Assembly (NCBI GenBank): GCA_030704615.1
Contig: CM060733.1
Location: forward strand, 30,070,001 to 30,134,000
Length of the DNA stretch: 64,000 bases
Direction of reading: 5' to 3'
Origin: Takakia lepidozioides
Lineage: Eukaryota; Plantae; Bryophyta
Shown piece after piece: positions 62,274 to 64,000 of this stretch. Both the position numbers and the translations under genes were made by a program. Every line of letters begins with the position of its first letter. The first letter of the stretch is position 1. Below the pieces are notes generated by a model. The model did no database searches and was not told the DNA's origin. It was given only the letters and a program-made list of their open reading frames with translations.

Positions 62274-63116
62274 CTACAAGTGCTTCGTATTTAGGTAGGA
62301 AGATGACAGTTTCAGTTCCCCTGTCACATACAGTGGTGTGTCGTCAGTAAGTGCTAAAAGCATTGCCGTCGACAGTGCTGTGATATTTCCCTTGGGATCC
62401 AGCACCATTGAGGCCACAGAGTAGAACAAGGACGCAATGTAGTCGCTCGACTCTGCCCGCAATTCGTGTTTATACGCGGCACAATCTTTCTCGTGTTCCG
62501 TAAGCTCAGTGTCCGGAGCCTTAATCACTGGTTTAATGGGGTTGAACATCAGCACTCCCTGCATGTGCTCCTCGTGGTTCTCAATCTGGGCAACTGTAGC
62601 AAAAAATACGTAATCAAGGCACATGAGTGGCATTGAAAATGACTTTGGCCGGCTCATGTAAGGATTGTCGAACTCTCCAGGAAGATATAACCCCTGAAGC
62701 AAAATATACTTAACCCGCCCCTCGCCAAACCTTATGTACGAAACCAGATTGGAAAAGGACCTCTGCGTTGAGAAGAAAACAAATGCATTGGGGTTCAGCT
62801 ATTGTTCGAAGAACGCATCGAAAATATTCTTGTAATTTCTTTGCATGAAAACAGTTGAGTCATCGTTACAGACTGTGTTGACAAACACCATTGCGATGTT
62901 ATCGAAATCCCTCTTTATCACAATTTTCAACTGTGTTTTGGTATCCATGAACCTCCGCTTCCCTCCTATGCACTGGTAATGTGACTTGAAGATATCCTTG
63001 AGGTTGCCCATTTCCTTCTCCATATCTTCAACCTTTTTCTTACATGAAAGCACGTATTTGATGAAAGCGTTACTCACTTTCTCGGTCTTCATATTCATGT
63101 TCACTTTGCTTTTCAT
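62274..63116 (-). pseudogene. Decayed ORF with weak resemblance to a beta-class N4/N6 DNA methylase fold
   Basis: ORFs 62799-63116 and 62274-62702 are in one frame across a stop. The motif order is IAMVFVN / LNPNAFVFF / LDYVFFA / MVLDPKGN. Confidence 0.3.
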
Positions 63117-63353
63117 GTATTTGGCCCCCAGTTTCGATCAGAATGTCTCGAACTCCGACTTGTTGAACTTATACCTTTTCTTCACTTCGAGCCATTATGC
63201 TTTTGTGTACGACTCTAGATGCTGCTTGCTCCTGGCATCAAATCCCAATACCACCATGACATCATCGATTATAAACCGTCTGTCCTTTATTCGATCGATA
63301 TAATCGGACAGGCAAAGAATCTTGGGGTCTTTTCCCTTGTAAGGACCACGAAC

Positions 63354-64000
63354 GGAGGTTAGCTATTCCATGAGCATGAGCGGCATGAGCGGCATGAGCG
63401 GAATAGTAAGACAATCGGTTTTCATGAGCAGAAATACAAATTCTCGAAATAAAAAATTATTAAATAAATATTATTTTAATGGAATGTGTCAGAAAAAGCC
63501 AATATAATATTCATTGTTTGAAGTAGAAATTGTAGTTTTGAGAGCAGTGCTCATGATATTTCGTCTTCCACTCATGCGAATTCCGAGCGACAACTGCAAA
63601 AATGGCGCTGAATTTTGCGGTAATAGGTTCTGCAACCGGAGAAATCTGCGACGTATTGCGCGGTAATAGGTGTCTCCGGCGAAAAATGGTGCCGAATTTC
63701 GCGGTTATACGTCCCAACTTGATTGAAGTGTAAGCCCAAAATTTGGAAATGTGGCGCCGAATTTTGGTACATGGTGCCGGGCATTGCATAAATGTGGGCA
63801 GTTCTGGGCCATGTAACTGGAAATTCGGCGCCATTTTTCCAGACATCGTTCCCGTACATGTTGGGACTTAGCCAGTTTTCGGCCCAAAATAGGGAAATTC
63901 GGCGTCATTTTTCCAGAAATGGCCCCCTCAACTGCAACTGTTGGAACTCAGTTTTCTGGAAGATTTGCAAATTTTTCCTGCCGCCATCTTTGTATTGATT
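63354..64000. mobile_element. Terminus of a second element related to the 38878 MULE
   Basis: GGAGGTTAGCTATTCCATGAGC(GGCATGAGC)n is followed by ggcgccgaattt subterminal repeats at 63600-63910. Confidence 0.7.

Overview
Eukaryotic land-plant genomic DNA with GT-AG introns; the gene and TE repertoire suggests a bryophyte or other seed-free plant (inference). The left ~29 kb holds five minus-strand host genes: a two-B3-domain REM-type gene, a type-IB CAX cation/H+ exchanger, a plastid folate-biopterin transporter, a single-B3 paralog and a FatB-like acyl-ACP thioesterase. The right ~35 kb is a nest of transposons: a Copia 5' fragment, two copies of a Ty3/Gypsy family, a telomere-motif satellite, a Mutator-like element (GCM-like finger, DDE, SWIM), the 3' end of another LTR element with a coiled-coil ORF, and decayed phosphatase- and methylase-like ORFs. 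The standout is the Gypsy family. It carries a C5 DNA methyltransferase between protease and RT and a PHD finger after a DDE integrase. The copy at 48112-57684 has split repeats A1-[ORFs]-B1-A2-B2 instead of two LTRs, a 4-bp AGTC target duplication, an internal copy of its own end-to-end junction (GACA-GC-TGTC) and a Tf1-like self-priming signature. The second, diverged copy starts at the same TGTCAAG. This suggests a DDE-integrase retrotransposon that integrates from a 2-LTR circle opened inside the LTR. All calls were made by eye; no database search was run.
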